A stretch of DNA of 43,251 nucleotides from a bacterium (GTDB lineage: Bacteria > Bacillota > Clostridia > Peptostreptococcales > Anaerovoracaceae). The stretch spans positions 1 through 43,251 of the forward strand of contig CAVDMD010000001.1 of NCBI GenBank assembly GCA_963609975.1, read 5' to 3'. Shown here piece by piece: positions 7,010-15,496 of the stretch. Positions within the stretch are counted from its first letter, which is position 1. Every line of letters starts with the position of its first letter. Under the pieces are notes generated by a model. The model was not told the DNA's origin. It saw only the letters and a list, made by a program, of their open reading frames with translations, and searched no databases. The translations under genes were made by a program, and so were the position numbers.

Positions 7010-8971
7010 TTATTTGCCTAAGCTATTCAAAGCCTTCTGTCTCTCCGTCCCCTTATACCAGCTTATCAGCTCATGCTCAGGCATAGGCTTTGCAAAGTAA
7101 AATCCCTGAATTATACTGATGTTGCAGTCAAGCACGACTTCAGCCATTTCTGCGGTTTCCACGCCCTCTGCAATGATAAAGCATCCGGTCTGATGCAGTA
7201 TAGACACAAGTGAATCTCTAACTAATTTTCTGTGATATTCTCCTTTATTCATTTGAAGCACAAGGCTTCTGTCAATTTTTATGCCATCAAGCGTCATATC
7301 TATAACTCTTGAAAAGTTTGAATATCCGATGCCGAAATCGTCCAGCATAAAACGATAGCCTTTTGATGTAAGTTCACACAAGGCATCGGCAAGCGGCTCG
7401 CCTTTTTCCTCCATATCACGCTCTGTAATCTCAAATCGTATCCGTTCCGGCGGTATGTCGTAATTTTTCATAATGTCCTGCAGATTTCCAAAAAATTCTT
7501 TGCTGATAATCTGTCTCACAGGCACATTGACACTGACTTTCTCCATTTCCAAAATCCTGCCCGTTGCAAAAAAACGGCAGACATTCTCAACTACAAACAG
7601 TGTGATTTCATTGATCAGCCCGCTTTCCTCAGCAATCGGAATAAACTCATTCGATGAAATCATTTTCCCGTTTCTGTCATACATTCGTATCAGGGCTTCT
7701 GCCGACTCAAATTTTCCTGACTGATGATAATACACAGGCTGATACCAGACTTCAAACCGGTCTTCTTTAATAGCTTCTCTCGTCAGTTCAAGGATGTACT
7801 CTCTCCTTTTTTGTTTCATTACGAGAGTTTCGTCAAATGAAACTATGCTAAGCTCCCTGGTTGAAGAATAAATTATGGCTTCGTTTATGTATCTCCTCAC
7901 ATCATCGAACGCCCAGTGCTGCCCTTTATATATAAAATCGATTACAGTAAATTTTATCGGTATGAACATACCCTCTACATACCACTTTCTGTTCATCATA
8001 CTCTCAACCCCCTGCAGTCTGTCTGCATTAAGAGATATCTCCGCGCCTGAAAAAAGAATTATAAATTCGTCATCCGCATAGCGAAAGGCTTTGCTGCTTG
8101 CAGAAATATGCTGAATCGCTCTTGCAATTTGCAGAATTATGGCATTTCCCGCATTATCCCCATAAAGGCTGTTGATTTTAGAAAGATGCCTTAGTTTTAT
8201 CAAAATAAGCTGATATTCTTCTTTTCTTTTAGTGCGATACTTCAGTTCTGTCAAAAGGTACCGTCTGTTCGGAAGCCCCGTCAAAGTATCCTGTTCGGTG
8301 CGCCCTCCATTGTAGGCAATAAAAACGACAAGGTTTACCGTAGCGCAAATCAGGCTGTTAATGCGATACTCAGGGTACATATACTGAAACAGAATCAGAA
8401 CAACAGCAACCGACCACATCACTAAAAGCAGTTTTCGCGTTGTATTGCTAATGCTGTTCCGGTTGAAAACATATACAATAAGCACTAAACATATTTCGGA
8501 TACGGGCATCATATAGGCAAATTCTTTGAGCCACCCACTGCAATATGCTCCGCTTTCATCAATAAAAAAGAAGATGCCGCTTGTATAATTGTATGTCAAA
8601 AAACATACAAACACTGCGAAAATACAAAAATTTATAACATTAGCAATGTATAGACCGCGGCCGTTGTTTGCAAACTCATATAACCTTAAAATTAAATAGT
8701 AAGCAAGAACCGAAACCATCCCCCACAATGTCATAAAATACACAGAGTTAAGATAAATCAGCGGGTTCGTCAACCAAACATCAGTTTTTCCGTCAGCAGT
8801 TGAACATATAATTCCCAATACTGCGGATACGGCGCATAAAGCAATGCTCGCCCCATAAATACGCCGTCTGAGTACAAACTCCTGCGGCTTTTTAGCGTCA
8901 TAATAAAAAAGAGCAATAATAAAAATAATAATTAGCGCAAAATACTCGCATATAAAAGAACAATCATTCAT
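7010..8971 (-). CDS. Polytopic membrane degenerate-GGDEF / EAL protein (predicted c-di-GMP phosphodiesterase)
   Basis: About 8 TM helices. GGDEF position reads ADDEF, and the upstream metal-binding Asp region is also altered. EAL domain is intact (EAL, EITER, DDFG, KID, EGVE, QGFYFAKP). Start moved to ATG 8969-8971 (MNDCSF...), preceded by AGAGG. The ORF-track start at 9070 adds 33 residues with no RBS. Confidence 0.85.
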   Translation of the reverse strand: MNDCSFICEYFALIIIFIIALFYYDAKKPQEFVLRRRIYGASIALCAVSAVLGIICSTADGKTDVWLTNPLIYLNSVYFMTLWGMVSVLAYYLILRLYEFANNGRGLYIANVINFCIFAVFVCFLTYNYTSGIFFFIDESGAYCSGWLKEFAYMMPVSEICLVLIVYVFNRNSISNTTRKLLLVMWSVAVVLILFQYMYPEYRINSLICATVNLVVFIAYNGGRTEQDTLTGLPNRRYLLTELKYRTKRKEEYQLILIKLRHLSKINSLYGDNAGNAIILQIARAIQHISASSKAFRYADDEFIILFSGAEISLNADRLQGVESMMNRKWYVEGMFIPIKFTVIDFIYKGQHWAFDDVRRYINEAIIYSSTRELSIVSFDETLVMKQKRREYILELTREAIKEDRFEVWYQPVYYHQSGKFESAEALIRMYDRNGKMISSNEFIPIAEESGLINEITLFVVENVCRFFATGRILEMEKVSVNVPVRQIISKEFFGNLQDIMKNYDIPPERIRFEITERDMEEKGEPLADALCELTSKGYRFMLDDFGIGYSNFSRVIDMTLDGIKIDRSLVLQMNKGEYHRKLVRDSLVSILHQTGCFIIAEGVETAEMAEVVLDCNISIIQGFYFAKPMPEHELISWYKGTERQKALNSLGK

Positions 8972-9065
8972 TCTGTTGACCTCTGATGCTTTGATTTTTT
9001 TGTATGAGCAGATATATGCAGGAGTCAGACGGGAGACGCAGCAATTTGGAGAAAATGGTTGTTTA

Positions 9066-9114
9066 AGCACACAAAAAGCACAGACAATCCGCGTTAAACA
9101 GCGGCAGCCTGTGC
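9066..9114 (-). terminator. Intrinsic-terminator-like hairpin in the 5' leader of the membrane GGDEF/EAL operon
   Basis: Minus strand GCACAG-GCTG-CCGC-TGTTTAA-GCGG-ATTGT-CTGTGC followed by TTTTTGTGTG. Lies about 95 nt upstream of the start codon. Confidence 0.5.
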
Positions 9115-9163
9115 CTTATATTTATCTGAAGCTGTAATCTGCAGACAATCCCTGTCCGCTCGG

Positions 9164-9192
9164 ATTTTGTTTTGTTGTTTCATTTTTGTCAA
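9164..9192 (-). promoter_or_regulatory. Weak candidate promoter for the GGDEF/EAL-GGDEF-pilin operon
   Basis: Minus strand TTGACA-N17-CAAAAT. Good -35, poor -10. Confidence 0.3.
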
Positions 9193-9549
9193 GTCCTTTA
9201 GAATTTATTAGGGCTTGGCGATCAGATCATCGCTTCCTTCCTGTACTTCACGCTACTCATGTCAAAAACTAATTAAAGTTATACAAAGTATACCAAAAAA
9301 CAAATTTCAAATCAAGCAATAATTTTGCGATGTTTTTATGTTTTTCAGCGCAAAACGACCGGATTGCCCTTTCGGTCTTTTATTGTAAACCGATATTGTT
9401 GTTCCTCAGGAAACACTGTCCGATATTCAGGCGTAATCTGCTGTTTTTTGCCCCGTGCAAAGCCCTTACGTCAAAAAGAAACTCCTTTTAATTTCCCTTT
9501 ATTTATGATAAAATATAGTATATTTTGTAATTTGAAAGGCGGTGGAGTT

Positions 9550-12522
9550 TTGTCAGATAACTATAACAACGAACACATACCACAAAGACCTGTGAAAAAA
9601 TCAAGAAAAAAAAGCAAAGGAAGAACCGCTGCTTTTTATGATAAACATACTGCTTCGGAAGCCCCTTCAGGCAGCAGATCTGCTGACAGACATGACAAAA
9701 ACAAGCCATCAGGCAAAAAACGGGCAAAAAAAATAATCAGAATACTGCTCCTTGCAGTTCTTGCGCTGGTGCTGGTTACAGCCGTATATGCTGCGGTTGT
9801 CATAATCAAAACACCAAAAATAGACCCTGACAATATCTATGCATCTCTGAACGAAAGCTCTATTCTGTACGATGATGAAGGAAACCAGATATACAGCGTA
9901 TATGCGGGAGATGACGGCAACAGGACAAATGTCGAATACGATCAGATACCCGAAGACATGATAAACGCCATTGTTTCAATCGAGGACAAGACTTTCTGGA
10001 AGCATCACGGCTTTAACTTCATAAGAATACTGGGAGCCATCAAAGACAGTGTTTTCAGCAGCGATCCGATAAGCGGCACAAGCACGCTGACCCAGCAGCT
10101 TGCACGAAACATATATCTTGACAGCGAGAGAACCTATTCGCGAAAAATCAAAGAGGCCTATTACACTGTATGCCTTGAAAAAAATCTTTCCAAGGAACAG
10201 ATTATAGAGACATACCTCAATACAATCAATATGGGTTACGGCACCTACGGCATACAGTCTGCGGCAAACGCATACTTCTCCAAAGATGTGGAGGAGCTTG
10301 ATCTGCTTGAATGTGCAGCGCTTGCGGCACTGCCTCAGTCTCCTACCTCCAATGCTCTGGTTCTTCGTGTCGAAAAAGGCTCCGTAGCTTCCGATGACGA
10401 AAACATCCTGAATCAGGACAATGACTGGATATACTATTACAACGGCAGCGCTTCTGAATCAAGAAGAAACACTGTTCTTAAATTTATGTGCCAGCAGGGC
10501 TATATCACCTCCTCCGAAAGAGATGAGGCGCTTGCCGAAAACCTCAGGGATCACATGAAGCTCAGCAATGCTTCTTCAAGCTCATTTGCTTCATATTTCA
10601 CTGACTATGTCATAGATGAGGTAATAGCCGATCTGCAGACAAACGAGGGTATGGACGAAAAACAGGCCAGAGATTATGTATACAATGGAGGACTTGAGAT
10701 TTATACAACCCTAAGCTCTGACGCTCAGGAAATCGTCGAAAAAGAATACTCAGACACAAGCAATTTCCCCGGCACCGCAAATCTCAGAACAGACAGCAGC
10801 GGCAACATAATCAGCACAAGCGGCGGAATCCTGCTTTACAATTACAGCAGCTATTTCAACAGCGACGGTGATTTCACTCTTTACCCGTCCGAATTCAAAT
10901 GGCAAAAAGACGGCTCACTGCTGATCAGAAAAAACAAACGTCTTGCATTCTATCAGACGGAGGTTGACGGCGAGACAGACTACAACATTGAATTCAAGAA
11001 TATGTATACAAAAGAAAACGGCTTCTTCTATTCAATAGAGGGCGGAGTGCTTTCCATCGATGCCAGCTACAAATCTCTCAGCGATAATGGCAACATGATT
11101 ATAAGCGCTGAATTCTTTAAGAACAAGAAAACAGCTGATTTCTTCACTGAATCAGGCTCTAATCTGGTTGTAAAGTCTTCAAACTACACGCTCAGACAAA
11201 AAATCAATCAGCCTCAGAGCGCTATGGTAATCATAGACAACGAAACATCTCAGATTAAAGCGATGATCGGAGGCAGAGGCGCTTCGGGAAGGCTTCTTTA
11301 CAACAGAGCCACAAGCACCCGTCAGCCGGGTTCGTCAATCAAGCCTCTTGCAGTTTACTCCTCTGCGCTTCAGCAGGGTATGGAAGCTGCAAAATCCGGT
11401 AAGAAACAGAGCTTCACATATGCTTACGACAACTATGACGGAAACGCTTCATCCGCAGGAACCTATGGATCCTACTGGTCCGCAGCCAGCATCATAAACG
11501 ATGCCAAAATGACTGTAAACGGTCAGGTATGGCCAAAGAATTTCTACAGCGGCTACAAGGGATTTGTTACAATGAGAGAGGCAGTGCAGCAGTCCATCAA
11601 TGTATGCGCCGTCAAGGTGTTTGTAGAGGTCGGTCCGGAATATGCGGCAGCTCAGCTCAAAAAATTCGGCATAACATCTGTTGTTGAATCAGGCGATGTC
11701 AACGATATGAATGCTGCGGCGCTGGCTCTGGGCGGTATGACAGAAGGCATATCCCCTGTTGAAATGGCAGGAGCCTATGCTGCGCTTGCCAACCTTGGCA
11801 CATACACAGAGCCTGTTGCATATACCAAGGTTACCGACAGAAACGGCGATGTAATTATGAACAGCACTCAGGAATCGCACGAGGTGCTTGATGCAGGTGT
11901 TGCGTGGATAATGGATGATATATTGAGAACCACTGTTACAAACGGTATTGCAAGTGCCGCAGCGATAGGCGTTCAGCCGGTTGCAGGTAAGACAGGTACT
12001 ACAGATGACAAGGTTGACGCATGGTTCTGCGGATTCACGCCTCAGTATACTGCTTCACTGTGGATAGGTAATGATGTGAACATACAGCTTACAGAAGGCT
12101 CAACTGCATCTGCAAGACTGTGGTCAAAGATAATGAAACAGGTATGCGCCAAATTCCCGACTGCAAGCTTCAAATCGGCGCCGTCAAATGTAATCAGGTA
12201 CAACGGCGAATACTTCATTTCAGGCACACAGTCAAAGATTTCAACGCCTAAGCTCTCAAAAAGCGTTGATATCTGCGCTGAAACAGGAGAGCTTGCCACA
12301 CCTGACTGCCCTAGCGTAACACAAAAGAAATTCAGCGTGGATGCAAGTAAAGAGGATGCTGAAAAGGCCCTAGAAAACAAGCTGCCTAAATATTACTGCC
12401 ACATTCACAATTCCGATACAACCAAATATCCGATCAATCCTGACTACATAAATCAGGATCCCGAACAGCCTGACGATCCGGATCAGCCTGTCGAACCCGA
12501 TAATCCGGAGTATCATGAATAA
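9550..12522 (+). CDS. Class A penicillin-binding protein (PBP1A-type transglycosylase/transpeptidase)
   Basis: GT51 motifs (SIEDKTFWKHHGF, GTSTLTQQLARN). Transpeptidase motifs SSIK, a large interdomain insert, and KTGTT. Basic cytoplasmic tail plus one TM helix. Start uncertain: TTG at 9550 (GAAAGG 10 nt upstream) or ATG at 9505. The ORF-track start at 9325 is unlikely. Confidence 0.85.
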   Translation: MSDNYNNEHIPQRPVKKSRKKSKGRTAAFYDKHTASEAPSGSRSADRHDKNKPSGKKRAKKIIRILLLAVLALVLVTAVYAAVVIIKTPKIDPDNIYASLNESSILYDDEGNQIYSVYAGDDGNRTNVEYDQIPEDMINAIVSIEDKTFWKHHGFNFIRILGAIKDSVFSSDPISGTSTLTQQLARNIYLDSERTYSRKIKEAYYTVCLEKNLSKEQIIETYLNTINMGYGTYGIQSAANAYFSKDVEELDLLECAALAALPQSPTSNALVLRVEKGSVASDDENILNQDNDWIYYYNGSASESRRNTVLKFMCQQGYITSSERDEALAENLRDHMKLSNASSSSFASYFTDYVIDEVIADLQTNEGMDEKQARDYVYNGGLEIYTTLSSDAQEIVEKEYSDTSNFPGTANLRTDSSGNIISTSGGILLYNYSSYFNSDGDFTLYPSEFKWQKDGSLLIRKNKRLAFYQTEVDGETDYNIEFKNMYTKENGFFYSIEGGVLSIDASYKSLSDNGNMIISAEFFKNKKTADFFTESGSNLVVKSSNYTLRQKINQPQSAMVIIDNETSQIKAMIGGRGASGRLLYNRATSTRQPGSSIKPLAVYSSALQQGMEAAKSGKKQSFTYAYDNYDGNASSAGTYGSYWSAASIINDAKMTVNGQVWPKNFYSGYKGFVTMREAVQQSINVCAVKVFVEVGPEYAAAQLKKFGITSVVESGDVNDMNAAALALGGMTEGISPVEMAGAYAALANLGTYTEPVAYTKVTDRNGDVIMNSTQESHEVLDAGVAWIMDDILRTTVTNGIASAAAIGVQPVAGKTGTTDDKVDAWFCGFTPQYTASLWIGNDVNIQLTEGSTASARLWSKIMKQVCAKFPTASFKSAPSNVIRYNGEYFISGTQSKISTPKLSKSVDICAETGELATPDCPSVTQKKFSVDASKEDAEKALENKLPKYYCHIHNSDTTKYPINPDYINQDPEQPDDPDQPVEPDNPEYHE

Positions 12523-12532
12523 TATCTGAACC

Positions 12533-12580
12533 AAAAAGCTTGCCGTATCAGGTCAAACGACTTAATGCGACAAGCTTTTT
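12533..12580. terminator. Bidirectional terminator between PBP1A and the convergent small ORF
   Basis: AAAAAGCTTGCCG-N22-CGACAAGCTTTTT. 10-bp stem with one mismatch, A-run on one side and T-run on the other. Confidence 0.55.
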
Positions 12581-12591
12581 CAGATTTTTAA

Positions 12592-12867
12592 TTATTTCAG
12601 CCCATAGCCTGCGGCATTCAGCAAAAGCTCCGCCTCACCTCTCTGCAGCATCATTTTGCCGCAAAGCCCAAGCACGGTTTCAATTTCCGGTACATAGCCG
12701 CTGTTCATACACATAGCCGTAAACTCGGCCTTGCTCATTTTGAGAGAAGAAAACGTAATCTCCCCCGATGCGATTTTTCGGTCGTACAATCTGAAAAACA
12801 CCGCCGAAAAAGACAGCTCTCCTGTGTATGGCTTCTCAATAATATCCTCTATGCTGTATCTGCACAT
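12592..12867 (-). CDS. Small HTH-like protein of unknown function (family ending ...LL..AGY.L)
   Basis: 91 aa. AAGAGGTGAG RBS. Own TTGGAA-N17-TACAAT promoter at 12899-12927. C-terminal ...EAELLLNAAGYGLK resembles a widespread Firmicute small regulator-like family. Confidence 0.5.
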   Translation of the reverse strand: MCRYSIEDIIEKPYTGELSFSAVFFRLYDRKIASGEITFSSLKMSKAEFTAMCMNSGYVPEIETVLGLCGKMMLQRGEAELLLNAAGYGLK

Positions 12868-12929
12868 TTGCTCACCTCTTATTTACTATGATAATCCTAT
12901 TGTACCAGTGTATGTGCAAAATTCCAATA

Positions 12930-13283
12930 CTAACGTATGGATTTGGGATTAAAAATAACAGAAACAATATAACCGAACACAATGGCGGTTGCAATGCCTG
13001 CCGCAGTGTTTTCGACAGCGCCTGTCAGTGCACCGAGAAATCCGTTCTCAGCACCCTCCATAGCTCCTTTGGCAAGAGAATATCCAAACCCCGGAAGCGG
13101 CACTGTCGCACCGTTTTGGGCAAGCTCGACAAACGGTTCGTACAGATTAAGCCCCTGAAGCACAGCTCCCGAAACCACAAATATGACAAGCACCTTAGGC
13201 GCCGTAAGCTTTGTCATATCAAGCAGAAGCTGTCCGATGACGCAGATGGCGCCGCCTGCCAGAAAAGCATAAAGATATGTCAT
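12930..13283 (-). CDS. spoVAE: Stage V sporulation protein AE (SpoVAEb-type)
   Basis: 117 aa from MTYLYAFLAGGAICVIGQ..., a membrane protein. Its start overlaps the spoVAD stop (TAATG). The ORF-track N-terminal extension was rejected. Confidence 0.85.
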   Translation of the reverse strand: MTYLYAFLAGGAICVIGQLLLDMTKLTAPKVLVIFVVSGAVLQGLNLYEPFVELAQNGATVPLPGFGYSLAKGAMEGAENGFLGALTGAVENTAAGIATAIVFGYIVSVIFNPKSIR

Positions 13284-14347
13284 TATTTCACCTCCAAAGA
13301 TACGCAGTGAGCAATTCCCGGAATCGATTCTCCCTGCATGGGACTTATAGTTGATAAAAGTGCGCCTGTAGATACAAGCAGCACTCTTTCGAGCTGCTTT
13401 TTTCTCAGCCTGCCGTATACATATCCCGCATAAACACAGGCAGAACAGCCGCAACCGCTTCCTCCGGCATGAACGTCCTGCTCCTTTTCAAAAATCATAG
13501 CGCCGCAGTCATTGTATCTGTTGTCAATTTCTTTTGATGAAATCCCCGCACCGTGCATCAGATCCTTTGCTATATCTTTCCCTATAAATCCCAGATCTCC
13601 CGTAAGCACCAGATCGTAATAATCGAAGCTTCTCCCCATATCCTCAAGATGACTTAATATGGTATCGACTGCAGCGGGCGCCATAGCGGCTCCCATCTGA
13701 TTTGAGTCTTTGATACCTGTGTCTATGATTTTGCCGACGGTACCGCTTTCGATACATATATTCCCCATATTCACAAGATGCCCGTCACTGTCAACAAACT
13801 GCTCACGCTGATTTTCTTTTTCGGAAATCACCATAGCCCCTGCGGCGGTTGCAGTCCACTGGGCGGAAGGCGGCCTCTGATTGCCATGCTCAAGCGGCAT
13901 TCTGAACTGCCTTTCCGCTGTGCAGTAATGACTCGATACTCCGGCCGTCACATTTGCCGCATAGCCTCCGTCAACAAGCACGCTGCCTAAAAGCAGCGAC
14001 TCTGCCATTGTCGAGCAGGCTCCGTAAAGGCCGAGAAACGGTATCTGCAGATCCCTTGCCATAAAAGATGACGACATAAGCTGATTGAGCAGATCACCGC
14101 TTAATACGGCGTCTATCTCGCTTTGCCTGCGGCCTGATTTTGCTATAGCTCCTTCTATGGCTTTTTTGAGCATTTTACTCTCGGCTTTTTCCCATGTTTT
14201 TTCGCCGTAATCATCTTTGGGAAGTATGAAATCAAAATCACCGCCCAAAGGTCCTTCGCCCTCTTTTTTACCTGCTATCGAATATGCTCCCGATATATTT
14301 GGTCTGTTTCTGAATATCAGACTCTGTCTTCCTGTTTTGTTTTTCAT
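13283..14347 (-). CDS. spoVAD: Stage V sporulation protein AD (thiolase-fold)
   Basis: MKNKTGRQSLIFRNRPNISGAYSIAGKKEGEGPL... is typical of SpoVAD. ATGA overlap with the spoVAC stop. Confidence 0.9.
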   Translation of the reverse strand: MKNKTGRQSLIFRNRPNISGAYSIAGKKEGEGPLGGDFDFILPKDDYGEKTWEKAESKMLKKAIEGAIAKSGRRQSEIDAVLSGDLLNQLMSSSFMARDLQIPFLGLYGACSTMAESLLLGSVLVDGGYAANVTAGVSSHYCTAERQFRMPLEHGNQRPPSAQWTATAAGAMVISEKENQREQFVDSDGHLVNMGNICIESGTVGKIIDTGIKDSNQMGAAMAPAAVDTILSHLEDMGRSFDYYDLVLTGDLGFIGKDIAKDLMHGAGISSKEIDNRYNDCGAMIFEKEQDVHAGGSGCGCSACVYAGYVYGRLRKKQLERVLLVSTGALLSTISPMQGESIPGIAHCVSLEVK

Positions 14348-14811
14348 AAAATCACTCCGATCAGCCAGTATATTATTCCTATTACCGTTGCAACGGAAAT
14401 ACCGCATACAAGCACGGGACCGGCAAGAGAAAACAGCTTCGCTCCCACGCCCAGCACTATCCCTTCCTTTTTGTATTCAAGCGCAGGTGATACCATAGAG
14501 TTGGCAAAACCGGTAATCGGCACTATAACTCCGGCTCCCGCAAACTTGCCTATAGTATCAAACACACCTATTCCGGTCAGCAGCTGAGCAATACATATGA
14601 GAAGTACGGTTACAAAGATTTTAGCATCCTCCTCATTCATACCTGCCGCCGTCATGCGGTTCTGCACAAATGCCGCAGCGGCGCATATCAGACCGCCCAC
14701 CGCAAAAGCCCTGAGGCAGCTTGCAAAATATCGCGGCTTTGGTGTAAATTTGTTCGCATATTTTTCATACGCTTTAGCAACATCTTTTTTCTCCGGTTTT
14801 CTGTTTTCCAT
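14344..14811 (-). CDS. spoVAC: Stage V sporulation protein AC
   Basis: Four-TM protein with the SpoVAC-like YKKEGIVLGVGAKLFSLAGPV motif. Start set at the second ATG (MENRK...) because the GAGGAG RBS lies inside the first five ORF-track codons. Confidence 0.9.
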   Translation of the reverse strand: MENRKPEKKDVAKAYEKYANKFTPKPRYFASCLRAFAVGGLICAAAAFVQNRMTAAGMNEEDAKIFVTVLLICIAQLLTGIGVFDTIGKFAGAGVIVPITGFANSMVSPALEYKKEGIVLGVGAKLFSLAGPVLVCGISVATVIGIIYWLIGVIL

Positions 14812-14899
14812 ACAAAATCTCCTCATTCATTTACACATATTGTTTACAGTCTGCAGTGAAATTATGCTATACTAAAGACAAAGAAAAACGAGGTGCCAT

Positions 14900-15496
14900 A
14901 TGTTCAAAAACAATATAATACTTGCGTCATCATCTCCGAGAAGAATTGAAATGATGAAAGCCAATAATATAAACCCCGTCGTTATTCCGGCAGACATAGA
15001 AGAAAACACTCCGTTATACGGCGGCAAAACCGAAACCTGTATGTTTCTTGCGCTCAAAAAAGCCCTGAGCGTAGAAGCAAATCTCAGCACAGAATTAAAA
15101 ACAGATAACCCATATATACTTGCGGCAGATACCGTAGTATACAGCGACCGAATAATCGGCAAACCCGAAAACAAAGCCGACGCTCTCAAAATTCTGATGG
15201 AGCTTTCGGGCAGAGCGCACTATGTCGTAACAGGCGTTGCCGTTATCAGGGCCGGCACAAGCGCAAGAACCGTGTTCAGCAGCATCACCAAAGTATATTT
15301 CAAAGAATATACCGCAGAAGACATCGCAGATTATCTCAAAACAGATGAACCCTATGACAAAGCGGGTGCATATGCGATTCAGGGATATTTCGGCAGATTT
15401 GTGGAGCGATACGAAGGATCTCTTAACAACGTTATCGGTTTCCCTCTCGAAGAAATATTACCCGTACTGGAGGAATTAGAACATGAAGCTCTATGA
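14900..15496 (+). CDS. maf: Maf-like nucleoside triphosphate pyrophosphatase / septum formation protein
   Basis: 198 aa. Motifs ILASSSPRR...AADTVV...KAGAYAIQG. Confidence 0.9.
   Translation: MFKNNIILASSSPRRIEMMKANNINPVVIPADIEENTPLYGGKTETCMFLALKKALSVEANLSTELKTDNPYILAADTVVYSDRIIGKPENKADALKILMELSGRAHYVVTGVAVIRAGTSARTVFSSITKVYFKEYTAEDIADYLKTDEPYDKAGAYAIQGYFGRFVERYEGSLNNVIGFPLEEILPVLEELEHEAL

Noticed and set aside
9325-9549. 75-codon N-terminal extension of the PBP1A ORF
   Set aside because: No RBS and a Cys/Phe/Arg-rich junk-like sequence. PBP1A proteins start with a short basic tail before the TM helix. The internal TTG at 9550 or ATG at 9505 is more plausible.
14812-14899. Sigma-G/sigma-F type promoter upstream of spoVAC
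   Set aside because: GCATA and GTATA -35-like elements are present, but the spacing to any CATxxTA-like -10 is 20-24 nt rather than 17-18. Not convincing by eye.
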